Below, in pieces: positions 26,298-39,076 of a stretch of DNA of 64,000 nucleotides; position 1 is the first letter of the stretch; every line of letters starts with the position of its first letter. This DNA is from Podarcis vaucheri (taxonomy: Eukaryota): the NCBI GenBank assembly GCA_965113315.1, contig OZ220373.1. One strand, written 5' to 3'. The translations under genes were made by a program, and so were the position numbers. Under the pieces are notes generated by a model that ran no database searches, was not told the origin of the DNA, and was given only the letters and a program-made list of their open reading frames with translations.

Positions 26298-26695
26298 GCG
26301 GTCATTCCTGAAGGGGTCGCCTCTATTTGATGTACGGCATAGAGTACAGCAGAATCAACACAGAATCAACCCTGCAAAATAATTAAGCAGCCATTGGATT
26401 GGTTGATTCAGGATACATACCCAATGCCAATGCCAAAATCTACTTACATCTGTAATCCATAAGGTTGTGGCCTATTTGAACCCCAGATGTTTGTCCTGTG
26501 TGTTTATTGTATTTTTCCATGGTACAGGCCCTGCCAGCCCCGGGTTTCCCGGCCACAATAAAGCTTGCTCACTTAAATGGCCGCATTGCAGCACTTATAC
26601 TCTATTCAAGTGATTCCCCTATAGCCTTGCACCCGCCTAAACATGCTCCAGAGGTTCCCCAACCTCCCAGGAAAGATTTAGGGAGCAAAGCTGCA

Positions 26696-26865
26696 GAGGG
26701 CCATAGCTCAGTGGTAGATCATCTACCTTGCATGCCAAAGGTCCCAGGTTCAACCCCTGGCTTCTCTAGGTAGGGCTAGGAAAGACCATGCCTGAAAGCC
26801 TGGAAAGCTGATGCTGGCTAGTGTGGACAATACTGAGCTAGAAGGAATAGTGATCTGACTTAGGG
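26696..26865 (+). mobile_element. tRNA-derived SINE (Squam3-like)
   Basis: Box A TAGCTCAGTGG and box B GGTTCAACCCC followed by a non-tRNA body (...ACAATACTGAGCTAGA...). Confidence 0.8.
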
Positions 26866-26933
26866 CCCATTCTGTTGACAAGCACCTTCTCAGCAAATGG
26901 ACAACATTAGATACATTGTTGGTATAGCTGCTT

Positions 26934-26938
26934 ACACA

Positions 26939-26987
<49 letters not shown>
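26934..26987. repeat. Compound (AC)n(AG)n microsatellite
   Basis: AC run followed directly by AG run. Confidence 0.95.
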
Positions 26988-26989
<2 letters not shown>

Positions 26990-27098
26990 TTCAGTGAAGC
27001 TTTAATTTGAATGCCAGTCATAAAAAACAAAAAAGTAACAAATAAATAAATCAATAAAAATAGGCCAAACTCTTGAGAGGTAACATAGCTGACAGTTA

Positions 27099-27461
27099 AA
27101 GGTAAAGGTAAAGGTACCCCTGCCCGAACGGGCCAGTCTTGACAGACTGTGGGGTTTGTGCGCCCATCTCACATCTATTGGCCGGGGGCCAGCGCTGTCC
27201 GGGGACACTTCCGGGTCACGTGGCCAGCGTGACAACGCTGCTCTGGCGAGCCAGAGCTGCACACGGAACGCCGTTTACCTTCCCGCTGGTAAGCGGTACC
27301 TATTTATCTACTTGCCCCCAGGGGTGCTTTCGAACTGCTAGGTGGGCAGGCGCTGGGACCGAGCAGCGGGAGCGCACCCCGCCGCGGGGATTCGAACCGC
27401 CGACCTTTCGATCGGCAAGCCCTAGGCGTTGAGGCTTTAGCCCACAGCGCCACCCGCGCCC
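27099..27461 (-). mobile_element. Sauria SINE, young CpG-rich subfamily
   Basis: Box A TGGCGCTGTGGG and box B GGTTCGAATCC intact, (ACCTTT)3 tail, perfect 15-bp TSD CATAGCTGACAGTTA (27084-27098, 27462-27476). Confidence 0.95.
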
Positions 27462-28838
27462 CATAGCTGACAGTTATCAGTTGAAATTAATGAACAGTAG
27501 GAAGTCAGCTACAATCAAGCTGTGAAAAGTCTCTCCAGGGAAGTTCAAAAATATCCTGGATTGAAGATGTTCAAAGTTAACTTCAAAGCAAAATAAAGAA
27601 AAATAAAGAAAAACAAACAAAAATCCTCAACAAAAATCCATCATGACCAAAACCTAAATTGAATGTTTGTATTTTTGATATATATCTTTTACAATTCTCA
27701 GTGGCAGTATTTTAAGGATTCTTAGACTACAGTCAGAAAATCTTGGTTTAACTGAGGTAGATGTAATCAGTACTCATCGATTTGCATAATTGGCATGACA
27801 GATTTCAATTATATAATTATTGTAAATATATGCAATGATACAATTAGGAGTTGTAATTACAATGCATAACTACATAATTAGGTGTTATGACATGGTAAAC
27901 CCTTGTGAAGAAAGTGGGAGACCTCACTATATTTTGTAGGAAGAATGTTGTGCTATGATTAGGACATCACATTTTAATAGGAACCCTGCAACACCAATTT
28001 ATGTTTATAGCTCACAAATGAATGTTAAAAATTAGGGAAATGGTGCCAAAGTGCTTGGGAGATATGTGGTTGGCTCCCTAAACGGGGGTCTTTCAGTATT
28101 GTACAGTTTAGTACCGATATTAAACAACCTGTCCAGCATAGAATTTGCACACCATAACATATCTTAGGAGTGAAGGGTAGTTAAATGTAGCCTGAATAGG
28201 GAAGTGATTCCCATGAAAGATTTTGCACTGCATTATAAAGCTTGGCTTGAATCCAGAACTTTGCTCCTGCCAACAGAAACAAAGGAGGCAAATTTGCCAA
28301 CTCCCCTCCCCCTTTTTGGGCTCCAGAGGAGTTTCCGAATTTTGGAAGGGTTGAGAGACCCCCAAGAACTGTGGGGCAACTGCAAAGGAAAGGGTGAATT
28401 GCTTAAAATTATCTCCTCCTTTCCACAACTGGTTCAAAAGTCTTTCATGGATAGAAGAAGCCCTTCCATTTGTAAAAGTAAATGGGTAAATAGGTAAAAT
28501 CTATCTTCACTATACAGGGTATCGAGTTAAGTATTAGCAGTAAAGAAGAATAGTAACAATGCACATACACCTTTCCTGATGTTTAGAAATGGGGAGGAAC
28601 TTTCCCATATGATCTTTGGGCATTAAATTGAGATCTCATTGAATTGAGAGCATGACTAAGGCTGTGTACCCATTACCAGTTTAAAATAGCTAGGTTGTTC
28701 TTTAACTCAATAGAAGGAAAATGCATCAAAACACAGTATTTCAGAAGAAATGACAGAATAGGTATTGATTGCATATAGTGCTTCCCCAACCAGTGGTTGG
28801 AGTTTGCTGGATGAAGATGAAATGGCAGCGTATATGCA

Positions 28839-29048
28839 AAATAAAAAAATTCCTTCCAGTAGCACCTTAAAGACCAACTAAGTTAGTTCTTGGTATGAGC
28901 TTTCGTGTGCATGCACACTTCTTCAGATACACTGAAAGAAGTGTGCATGCACACGAAAGCTCATACCAAGAACTAACTTTAAGGTGCTACTGGAAAGAAT
29001 TTTTTTATTTTGACTATGGCAGACCAACACGGCTACCTATCTGTAACT
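28839..29048. mobile_element. Penelope-like retroelement fold-back insertion
   Basis: Long inverted repeat (~28837-28926 vs ~28932-29012) flanked by the 12-bp direct repeat AGCGTATATGCA (28827-28838, 29049-29060). Confidence 0.82.
28893..28930 (-). ncRNA. Minimal type I hammerhead ribozyme motif (Penelope-type), intact
   Basis: Minus strand GUAU-CUGAAGA-A-GUGUG(CAUG)CACAC-GAAA-GC-UC-AUAC: all core nucleotides present, G-C closing stem II, CUC cleavage triplet. Confidence 0.8.
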
Positions 29049-29682
29049 AGCGTATATGCAGCCTGCATTGTGATGCAAACTATAGCTTCACAATTGCCCA
29101 TATAAGTGGTGGATAGAAGGTATCATGAATTAGACATGAATCTGAGACCTACAAAACTGAGCCAACCATTTGTGGAGTCGCCTCTTTCCAATTATACTGA
29201 ATGAAGAGCAAAGCCTAAGCATTTTCTTTCATCTGTAATGCTTACACCTTCATTGTGGGTCTCATTTAGAGATGCTTCTCAAATACTATATCTCCCTCTA
29301 TGTATTTTGGAGTTCCAGTCTTCTTTCTGAAGTGAAACCAAGGGAAACTTGCAATTTAATTCTGCAATTCCATTTTCAATCCCCAAATTTTCTGTGCTGC
29401 AAATGCAGGAACAGCCTTCCTCATCTTCTTCACCCTGACACCCCTGCAGCTTCCCCCAAAGGCTCAGTGAGCTGGGTGGAGAGGGAAGGGCTAATCCCTG
29501 AAAATTAGGTGGAGGCAACATCCATGAATGGCATTCCCACAGGTGGAGCTTGTCTCTACCTGACCTCCTTCCTCAGTCCCACATGCCATAGCCACTTCAT
29601 TCATCAGGGTCCCTGGAACCATAGAGGAATACCTTTCATCAGCCCGATTAAACATGTATATTTCTGAATCAAACCCATTGCA

Positions 29683-29717
29683 AATGAATGAATGAATGAA
29701 TGAATGAATGAATGAAT
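29683..29717. repeat. (AATG)8 microsatellite
   Basis: Pure tetranucleotide run. Confidence 0.95.
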
Positions 29718-30495
29718 AAACCACCACCCAATACTGTTAAAACCACAAACAAACCCATGCACCTTGATGTAATCGTACACATTTTATTCAAGGCTTTTCT
29801 GTTTTGTTTTGTTTTGTTGCTTTTGCATTCTATCAGAACACTCATTTATTATGTGATTTTTATCTTTTCATTGGTCACTCCACACCTATGGAATTTTGTC
29901 CCCCAGGAAAATGTACAGAAGAGTAATTTAAAGAACTTTAATTAACTGCTTGGTTTTAAGGAAGTGTAACATAGTTTTAATTTCATGCTTATATTATTGT
30001 GTTATTATTATCATTCATAATTATTCCATTGTACTCCACATTGAGAGAACTTATGTGCCCTGAAAGACATTTTGGGCATCATTTAATAAACCAATATTTT
30101 GCCTTCTTTTCATCAGCAATGAACTCAAAACGGGATAATGCAACAAAGCCACAAATACACTGAAAGCAAACCTCACAGAAAGCTCTGTTTCTGGAATTGA
30201 TTATAAAAAGTCTCTTCTTAAAATGGAACTCAGAAAGAGTGGAAATGGAAGGCAGAGTAAACAGGAAGCAATAAAGAATGGCATGGAGAAAATCCCTTGA
30301 TGCTAGCCTGGCTTAGTTGCATAATAGCAAGAGATTTGGGATGAGAGCAGCTTTGAACAAAGCATTACAGAAGATAGGCATCAAGCAAAGCTCTGACTGG
30401 AAGACACGCCACAGCCATTTTTAAACCATCTTCATTTAAATACTTTACAACAGAAAGAGTGGAGTTTAAATTCATACATAGTAATTTGTACTTAC

Positions 30496-30609
30496 TGTGT
30501 TGGCAGTTCCTTCCCATAAATTCGCCAGGACACTCACATGAATAATTAGCTACCAGATCTGTACAAATGCCACCATTCTTGCAGGGTTCAGCTTCACATT
30601 CGTTCACAT
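30496..30609 (-). CDS. EDIL3: EDIL3 coding exon (exon 5 equivalent), calcium-binding-type EGF repeat 3
   Basis: (N)[37 protein letters not shown]; 114 nt, six Cys, CCCCACAG| acceptor, A|GTAAGT donor; phase 1-1. Confidence 0.98.
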
Positions 30610-32222
30610 CTGTGGGGAATGCCCAGTGACAATATTAGACAGATATTCAAAATAAGATTTGCATTTTACACAATAAGAAAGTCAGACACTTTGTGAGATT
30701 GTGTATGGTAAGTATGGCTAGCAAACATATTTTCACTGAAGAATGCAATAAGGCATAAACTATTTTAACACTGTTGAAACTCTTATACCTTTCCCTCCCT
30801 TTCAAATACACAATTAAGGACCAACCAATAATATATATATATATATCTCCCTCCCTCCCCCCCTCTCTCTATATATGATACAATGTATTCAAATTAAGAC
30901 ACTTTAACACCTCAGTTAGTTTCAGTGGAAGACAGCTATATGATCAACCCACTTTCATTGAAACTGATGTGAGATAAAAGAGCATTATGAGATTTTGACA
31001 TAAGCCATAACTGGAACAGGAGAATGCATAATTGATGGCTGCAGAAACTTAGACACTATACTTTGTCCCACAGTATCAAGATATGGCAATAGATGTAGCA
31101 GTTTCAACCCTGTTGAGTGTTTTGATCCTTTGGCTGCATTTTTATTGTATTTCCAAAATGAAGACCATAATGTTTTAAATAAGAAATGTTCACTCACTCC
31201 CATTAAGGGAACCAGTCCTTTACTATCTCCTGCCCTTCACTTAAAATTGATAGAAATTGATCCATTGGACTGCACACAGCTCTGAAAAGTACTGTAAAGC
31301 TATTTCTTCAGTGTCTACTCTAGAAGAGTTGCAATTCAGTCAATATCACCTTCACAGTAGGCCCTTACTCTGTGGAAAATGAGATCTACTTCAGGGCAGA
31401 ATTTGCCAGCTATATGGAAAATCCTAAAAGGGGTCAACGTAGCTCTTCCTCCCTATAAAGGTCACATAGTATGAAGTCCTTCAAAGGTGACAGCTTTCAA
31501 CATGGAGTAACATGAGGACCCATTCCTATGAATGAAACATTGTCTGAAGCAACCTCGCCCCACCGTCTACTAGAATTGGATCTTGCCTGAAGAGAGAGAA
31601 TATTGGTTGAAAGTTAAAACTTTCTCAATGATATGGAGAGAGTTAATAATTGCCCCCCCCCCATTTTAATTACCTTTAATATATATTGGGATAGACATCT
31701 TAGTAATGCCATTAACTTATTTCCCATGTAATTTCACACTTTAAAAGTATGCTTCCAGGGAAAGAAATCCCATCATTTTTATTGAACCTGAATACCAAAA
31801 GTGACTGTATATATAACCAGTACTTTGACAGATTGTATTATTACTACTAGTGTTGTTGAAAAAACAATTGGAAAGGTCATATGAAAGAAAGTTAAAAGTC
31901 ATTAGAGGAATAGTTCAAAATTACAAGAACATTTCAGTCTACAGACAGAATAAGCACTTTTCCAAGAGAACAAGGTTTTCTTGTGCAAGTAAAATTTGCA
32001 ACCAGGTGCTGGTCACATTATTTGAAAAATAGTCTATGTTACAGGTAACAGGAAGGAACAGAAAGCAGGCAAATACTACCTGTCAAAGTTGTACAGTACA
32101 ATCCAAATGATCTCTGTGCAAAAGTAAGTCCTGTTTGGTTCAGTGGGGCTTGTTCCAGCTAAGTGGTTACAGGATTTCAGCCTTAAGCTGTACCCTAAGG
32201 GTTTCTGCACACTGACCTTTCA

Positions 32223-32297
32223 CCTGCTCTTTCCAGGCACGGTCTATACGTTAAAGCTCCATTTTCCCTAAGAAAACCTGTACCTGGAAAGAGCAGG
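32223..32297. repeat. Inverted repeat, probable MITE remnant
   Basis: CCTGCTCTTTCCAGG (32223-32237) / CCTGGAAAGAGCAGG (32283-32297), perfect 15 bp. Confidence 0.6.
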
Positions 32298-33564
32298 GCA
32301 AAAGTGTGGCTAAGCCCTTACCTGAAAGAGTCCCATTGCACATGGTGGGACTTGCTTCCCAGTATACATGCATAGGAATGTGCTGCAGTTTTCTGTAATA
32401 GCATATACTAGTTTTTCTGCAGGAGCATATATTGGGTTAAAAAACAAAAACAAAATTAAACTCTGAAAACTTCATGAAAGTTGTTGGTTATATTTCTTGT
32501 GCACAAACTGGCCTGTCAGTACAAGAAAGGTTCACACAGAATACATTTGGAGATGCCTTAATGCCGAAGGTAAACTCAATTCCGGCAAGATTATAAAGCC
32601 ATCATCCTTTAGCAAATATCATTTTAAATCCCCTTGTGTATAATAGATGCTTAGCTACATTTCAAACCAGCAAAATTCTCTGACAAACCTTTTATTAAAA
32701 GAAAGGAAAAAGCTTAAATTTGTCTCTCCCCCCCAAACCTTTTAATTCCAATAAAGCCTTCGTTCTGCACAAGGACAGACATAAGAATGTCTCATTGTGA
32801 AAGCCCTCATGTTTATAGGACTGCCCTCAAATGATAATGTGAATGGATTCAATAAGCCTGATTCCTAAATGCTAAAGTCTTGTGGGAAATGAGATCACAA
32901 CAGCAGAAGCAATATACTTATGAACACCAAATTCATTCAACTGACCCATCCCCACAGAAGTGCAGAGATAAACAGCAGGGGTGTTCACTTGTTTTCATGT
33001 TCTGCTTGTAAGCTTCCCAGGAGCATCTGACTACCTTCTGTTAAAAATGGAACGTTGGACGAAGTGGACCTTTTATTCTGATTACTTCTGAATATGGCAA
33101 TTTATCATCATAAGGTAATCAAAAGGAAAGTGAAACAAGCTCAACACTGAGAAAGAAAGGTTGGGGATAGTGGGGTGGAAACAGTCAAACCATACAATCT
33201 AAGCCATCTGCTCAGTCCAAAGGGCTGCATTAAAAATACATCATGGGGTAATTTGCATATTTTTATTTAGCAGCAAAGACGAGCATGACTGATTGGCATA
33301 ATCTGATGGACATGCATTTCTTCTATCATGCTGTTTCTGGTTAGAAGTTTCAGTATCTTTTTAATTGCTTGATGATTAAGCCAAGAACTCAGAGCAACTA
33401 TTCTTTATAATAGCTACATGGATAATGGTTAAAATGAATTCCACATGGCAATGTCTATGCATGGTAGGTGTAGCCTGGATTGTAACCAGGATTGTTTGCA
33501 TCACATGGACGGTTTTATGTCATGGTGTGGTTGAAAATACCATGCATTAGTTTCAACTGGCCTG

Positions 33565-33752
33565 CATAGGAACACAAGAAGCTGTCTTCTACCAGGTCAA
33601 TTTGCCCATTTAGTCCAGTTTTGTCTGCTCTAACTGGCAACAGCTTTCCAGGATCTCAGCTCAAGCAAAGTGCTTTCACCCTGGTGGAGGTACCAGATAT
33701 TGAGAATGTGACCCCTTGCATGCAAAGCCTATGTTCTACCACTTAGCTATGA
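33565..33752 (-). mobile_element. Decayed tRNA-derived SINE (Squam3-like)
   Basis: Minus strand CATAGCTAAGTGGTAGAACATAGGCTTTGCATGCAAGGGGTC head, matching the 26696 copy. Confidence 0.65.
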
Positions 33753-35104
33753 TCAATCCCAACAGGACTCATGTGATATGTACACTGGCGCCAAGCTTGC
33801 ACTTCCCTTTCAACAATAACTGGGTGGCTCACATGCAAGAGTCCAGCTGAAATGCAAGATGGAGCAGCTTTTCAACTATCACTTGAATTTCAATAACAGA
33901 AATTGCAGAAAGTTGAAATACTTTCCCCATATTTAAATATAATAGCTTTGCCAAATTATTTGCAGCTGAATCAGATTTCTTTTTTCTTCAGATAAACTAG
34001 GCTCCGTCTCTCTTTTATTTTGTCTTAAATTAGTCTCTGTTTTCCTCTACTGATACAGTGTTGCGCACTGTGTCATGACACAGACATTAAGGTTACCAGC
34101 AACCTCCAAATTTAGAAGTCAAGACATTTCATGAGAATCAAATGGCCAATAGGTCATTTTCAAAAAGCTGTCTGAACCTGAAGGGTCTCCTGGAGAGACA
34201 AAAAAGAGCAATAAACATTTCCTTCTCTCTGAAGTTCTGGGGAGGAAAGGGAGAGATTGTGCTGATTCAATATAAAATGGCTTTTTCACTCTTTATTTCA
34301 AAGGAAGAAAACAAGCCACTTTTTGAAAGAGAACTGGAGAAAAACTTACACTTTCTAAGAAATTGAAGGAAACGGATAACGGAGAAAAATAAAATACGCT
34401 CAGGGCTCAGATAATAGCTTTTGCTTGTTTGAATAAATAATCTGGAGAAAAACTGAAAATATTTACATAAGTTACACACTTTATGATAAGTGTGCTGTAC
34501 TGAGTGATAAAAATGAGAATTAGCATATAAACCAGCATTTGGTCTATTGTGTGAGCCTTTCTCCAAGCAAACCCCTATTGGTGGAAATAACAATTTCTTC
34601 CTTTAACTGAGGATTGCTATATAATGCTGATTTTGGAGAATTATTTACTTAAGCTTGAAGCGTTTAAAGGCGCTACCTTCAGAATGTGAAGTACACAAAA
34701 CCCAGAAGTTCCTGAATTCATGCAATGCTACATTGTTAGAATTGGAACTGGACCTCATACAGCTGGATTCTAATTTCTGCACAGCTACTCTGGGTGGCCC
34801 TGGGCAAGTAAATTACTATTTCTCAGATTTGCTTTCCTTTTTACAATGGTATCATGACGAGTGAGGAGGGAAATAAATTAACTTTATGCACATTTCCCTG
34901 AGTGCCTTGGAAGATGATTGGGATACAAATGCAACAGTGAATTACCTCAGCAGATATATGGATGATTCAAACAAAAAATAAATATACAATTCTTGTCAAA
35001 ATTGTTTGTCTGATATTCATTCTCTAAAAAGATTTGTTGATGCTGTTATGTTTGATTTCATGAAAACATCCTAATTTTAGTCCATATTTATTGGCTTTGT
35101 TCAG

Positions 35105-35720
35105 ATGCGTGGTGATCCCCTCACCTGCTGATCACAGGGCCCAAGGTGGTTGATATTGGGAGAGTTATTCCTTTAGGTATTTGGTTCCCTAGCCATTTAG
35201 GGCTTTGTATGCTGGTATTAACACCTTGAACTGGGTTTGACAGCTCACTGGCAACCAGTGCAGAACTTTCAGTGACGCATGGTCCTATCAGGCTGCCCCA
35301 CTCAGCAACCTAGTAGTCACATTCTGCTTTAGGTGTAGCCTTTAGACCAGGGGTCAGCAAAGTTTTGGTGGCTTGGGCCGGTTCACGGTCCTGCAGACAC
35401 TGTGGTGGGCTAGAGTGCACACGCGCGCGTGCACACACACAAACGCTATTTACAGTGCTCCTTCCAGCTTGGAGGAAGCGTGCACAGCTTCCCATTGGCT
35501 GCAGGAGCTTCCTGCAGCCAATGGGAAGCCGGCCAGTGTCGTGGAAGGCGGTCCCCACTCTGCTCTACACCGGTTTAGCACGGCACATGGGAGCTGACTG
35601 GGCGGGTGGCAGGGATCCATGGGACGGTTAAACGACCCCCATGGGCCTCTTGTGTTGCTGACCCCTGCTTTAGACCATCTTCAAGGGTGGCCCCATACAA
35701 AACACAATACGCTAGCCCAG
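35105..35720 (-). mobile_element. Decayed L2-clade LINE fragment interrupted by a hAT MITE
   Basis: Minus strand (CTGGGCTAGCGTATTGTGTTTTGTATGGGGCCACCCTTGAAGATG ... CTGCACTGGTTGCCAGTG...CAGTTCAAGGTG) resembles the L2 ORF2 end (LHWLP motif); ends approximate. Confidence 0.65.
35348..35667. mobile_element. hAT (Charlie-like) non-autonomous element
   Basis: 13-bp TIR CAGGGGTCAGCAA / TTGCTGACCCCTG, perfect 8-bp TSD CTTTAGAC (35340-35347, 35668-35675). Confidence 0.92.
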
Positions 35721-35734
35721 TAAATTATAAAAAA

Positions 35735-36062
35735 GTAAGGTAAAGGGACCACTGACCATTAGATCCAGTCGTGGCCGACTCTGGGGATGCGGCGCTCATC
35801 TTGCTTTATTGGCCGAGGGAGCTGGCATACAGCTTCCGGGTCATGTGGCCAGCATGACTAAGCCGCTTCTGGCGGACCAGAGCAGAACACGGAAACGCCG
35901 TTTACCTTCCCACCAGAGGGGTACCTATTTATCTACTTGCACTTCGACATGCTTTCAAACTGCTAGGTTGGCAGGAGCAGGGACCAAGCAACGGGAGCTC
36001 ACCCCATCACGGGGATTCAAACCGCCGACCTTCTGATTGGCAAGTCCTAGGCTCTGTGGTTT
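35735..36062 (-). mobile_element. Sauria SINE lacking about the first 20 nt of the head
   Basis: Colinear with the 16641 copy up to GCTCTGTGGTTT; no TSD found. Confidence 0.9.
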
Positions 36063-36084
36063 AGTAGGATCTATTTGCCAGGGG

Positions 36085-36243
36085 AAAGGACTACCTTGGA
36101 AGGTGGTGAAATTTCCTTCAATGAAGGTTTTCAACAGAGGTTGGATGCCATCTGTTAGGGATTATTTAGCTGTGATTCCTGCATTGCAGGAGGTTAGACT
36201 AGACAACCCTTGGAGTCCATTGTAATGCTAAACTTCTATGATC
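36085..36243 (+). mobile_element. CR1 LINE 3' end fragment
   Basis: ...TTCCTGCATTGCAGGAGGTTAGACTAGACAACCCTTGGAGTCC...TTCTATGA, matching the CR1 tail seen at 55336-55407. Confidence 0.75.
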
Positions 36244-36679
36244 AGTGAGAAACTTTTTTAAAAGAAACTGAACTAATTCTAAGTTGCCATTGCAACACAG
36301 TTTGGGGCTTTTTAAAGCATATAAAACTGCATTAAAATGTGCATATTAAATACATATTTAGATTTTCAAGTTGATTTTTACATATTTATAGACTAATGCA
36401 GAAAGAGACAATGAAAAGAGATCTGTTTGTCTGCCTCTAAATGCATGTCATGTCTTGCTTACTTGTTTTGGGGCCAGATAATATTTTGAAAGACTTTGTT
36501 CTTTTGGAATGGTGAGACAACAGAGTCTACAAATTAATTGCATCTTTTTTTAAAAAAAAATAGAACACTGAGATCATCCATTATATCACTAGTCATTTGC
36601 TTGAATCAATATGATGTATAATGAACTGTAATTGATCTAGTGACTGAAAAATGTCAATGAATATTTATAGGAAAACTGT

Positions 36680-36968
36680 GTATATCCTGGGAATGTGGGC
36701 TTGGGAGAGCACATCTTTTTTAAAAAAAATTCTGTCCCGCCATGTGATCCACCGAATCTTCGTGACACAATGCATGTGGAAGGTGCTGAGAGGTTGCTCC
36801 AGATGGTTGTGAGTTGCCCACAACTCACTTTCATAAAGCAGTGTGCTAAACACATGCCTGGTAGACCTTTGCCTTGGTATTGGATGTTAGCATCACATTT
36901 TCCCATACCTACATTGCTGTAGCTGCCTTGCCAATAAGCTTATCCAGCTCAGCATCAATAGAGAGGCT
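36680..36968 (-). mobile_element. RTE-clade LINE ORF fragment (decayed)
   Basis: Frameshifted translation LSIDAELDKLIGKAATAM / NTKAKVYQAC / STLLYESELWAT...FHMHCVTKIRWITWRDRI...DVL resembles the RTE RT C-terminus (LLYGSETW...ITWRD). Confidence 0.8.
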
Positions 36969-39076
36969 GCTGCAACTGATGTAGGAAGCAGAAGGGCACT
37001 ACCATATAGGAAATCACTTACAAACTTGGAAGATGGGCAGGTGAATGGTTGTGGCTGCTGTTAACAGGCCCTGTGACAGCGTTGCCAGTGTGGATTTAGG
37101 TACAGAGTTGGCATTTGGACTTGTTGCAGGTCTGGCCCCTGTATTTGGGGTTCTGTTATGTGGCGTGTTATTGCTGGTGAGTAGTTGCTTTAGGTAGGAA
37201 CTGTAGATAAGCAAGAGTAGGCCTACCATCCTGGACTGCCTATGTGAGAGTAGTATCATTGTCCTAGATGGGGTATAGTTCACTGATGATTCATGAACCA
37301 CTTGGAGGTTTTTTCTCCAATCAAGCACTATATAACTTTTATAAAATAAATAAATAAATTAACTAGGAGCTACTGTATGGCAATTCCACTTAAAAAGTTG
37401 AGGGAAATTGGTTATGTGGGTAGAGTGATGGACTTGTACTGGGGAAGACCTGCATTTGACATTCCTTCTCACAGGGTGATCCTAGGCCTTACAGGGTTTT
37501 ATTGTGAACCAAACAATGGGGTGGACCCAAATATCTCTTCCTGAGATCCTTGGAGGAATGATGGGGTACAAAATATGAGGAATAAAATTCTGGGAAGCAG
37601 ATAATCGTGCAGTTGCAAGATAGCCTTTCATGATGTGGTTAAGCAGTCTTGGTTTGAAAGCCTAGGAATCCTTTAATACCTCAGGGTGCGTCTAGAACAA
37701 TGCATCTGTTACACAAGGTCTGATAATGGTAGAAATCAGCATGGGTTCTCATCTGCACACTTTGTTTCACAGCTCAGTGCTAAATTATATCACATTATTA
37801 GCAACTGCATTTGAGGCATCTGGGATTTCTTTCCCACCCATACTAATTGCAGTTCAATTTATGACCCCTCACAGTGGCATAGAGAATATGTGCCTATTGG
37901 TATCACCAATGAAGCATCAGGAGCTTTTGAGGGATATTGAAACATTAATAATAAGCCACAGCTGTCAAGCTTAGCATATGAATTCAGTAAAAATTAATAG
38001 TGATATGCTCTGCAATTTACATATTAATTGTGTACATGATCCAGTACATGAACCAAATGTCAGGGAATCACAGAAATATTCATTTTGAGATTCGTTGGCA
38101 TGATTTTGTCAGTGTTGTGTGATAGGTTTTCTAATTATCTAGTTTAATTGATTTGGTTGGATAATATTAGATATTACAATTTGAGATAAACTAAATTACA
38201 GGTCGACACTCAGCAATCTGAATTCCAGAAGAAGCCACTTGCTTTGGAATGAGGTCATTCAGCTTCTGCACACAGCATAAGTTTCAGCAGAGCACATACC
38301 TGAATTCCAATGAGTTCACAACAAGGAAGCAAGGAGGAGATATTTTATAAGCCTATATAAATTTGTTAGCAACGAATTGGACAAAAACATGCACCACTCT
38401 GGAGAATGTGTTTAATCAACTAGATTACTCTCTGTTGATGCATTTAGGAAAGGAGTTCAGCTTTCTAAAATGCTACAAATATAGCCTGAAGTTCATTTAT
38501 TTACATTTTGGATACATTTATATTAGATAAATGAAATTTCTTGTTAGTAGCTGACAGAGAGTTGTGGTATCCAGTCAAAGCATAATCACTCCAGTAGTCA
38601 AGGTAATGTATGCTGGAATGTTTCAACTGAAAAAACAAAGGAACCCAAGAATGACTGGGGTGCCGTACTTCACAATATTGATTATAGCTTACATTTTGCA
38701 CCTACAGTGTCAATGTGTTATCATAGTTCCTCTTTAAGTATAGTATTGATTTTCTAAATACCACTTTACAGTAAGAGATAGTGCAGATATTCTCCTAGTT
38801 GAAAGAAATGGTGTTGTATGATATTTGCTTTTGAAAAAGGTATTATGCATATTCTTAATAAATTGGGGGTGGGGAGGCAAAAATAAAGAATCATTGGTAA
38901 TAAAAATGGTACTGTACATGTTCACTTTGAAGTTACTACAGGAATGCCTAGCTTCCCTTTGCTCTGACAACTCTATTTCTATAAGATTCTTTTAAAATTA
39001 AGAATATAAAGTGGGCCGTTTTTGTTTTTGTTTTAAATACAATCCTGATAATTGTGAGAAACTATGGTTGTGTGAA

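Noticed and set aside
26696-26765. Possible tRNA gene
   Set aside because: Boxes A and B are present but stems are imperfect and it continues into a SINE body found elsewhere in the window.
28932-28966. Plus-strand hammerhead in the right arm of the Penelope fold-back
   Set aside because: Core reads CTGAAAGA (one extra base) and the GTAT 5' strand of stem I is absent.
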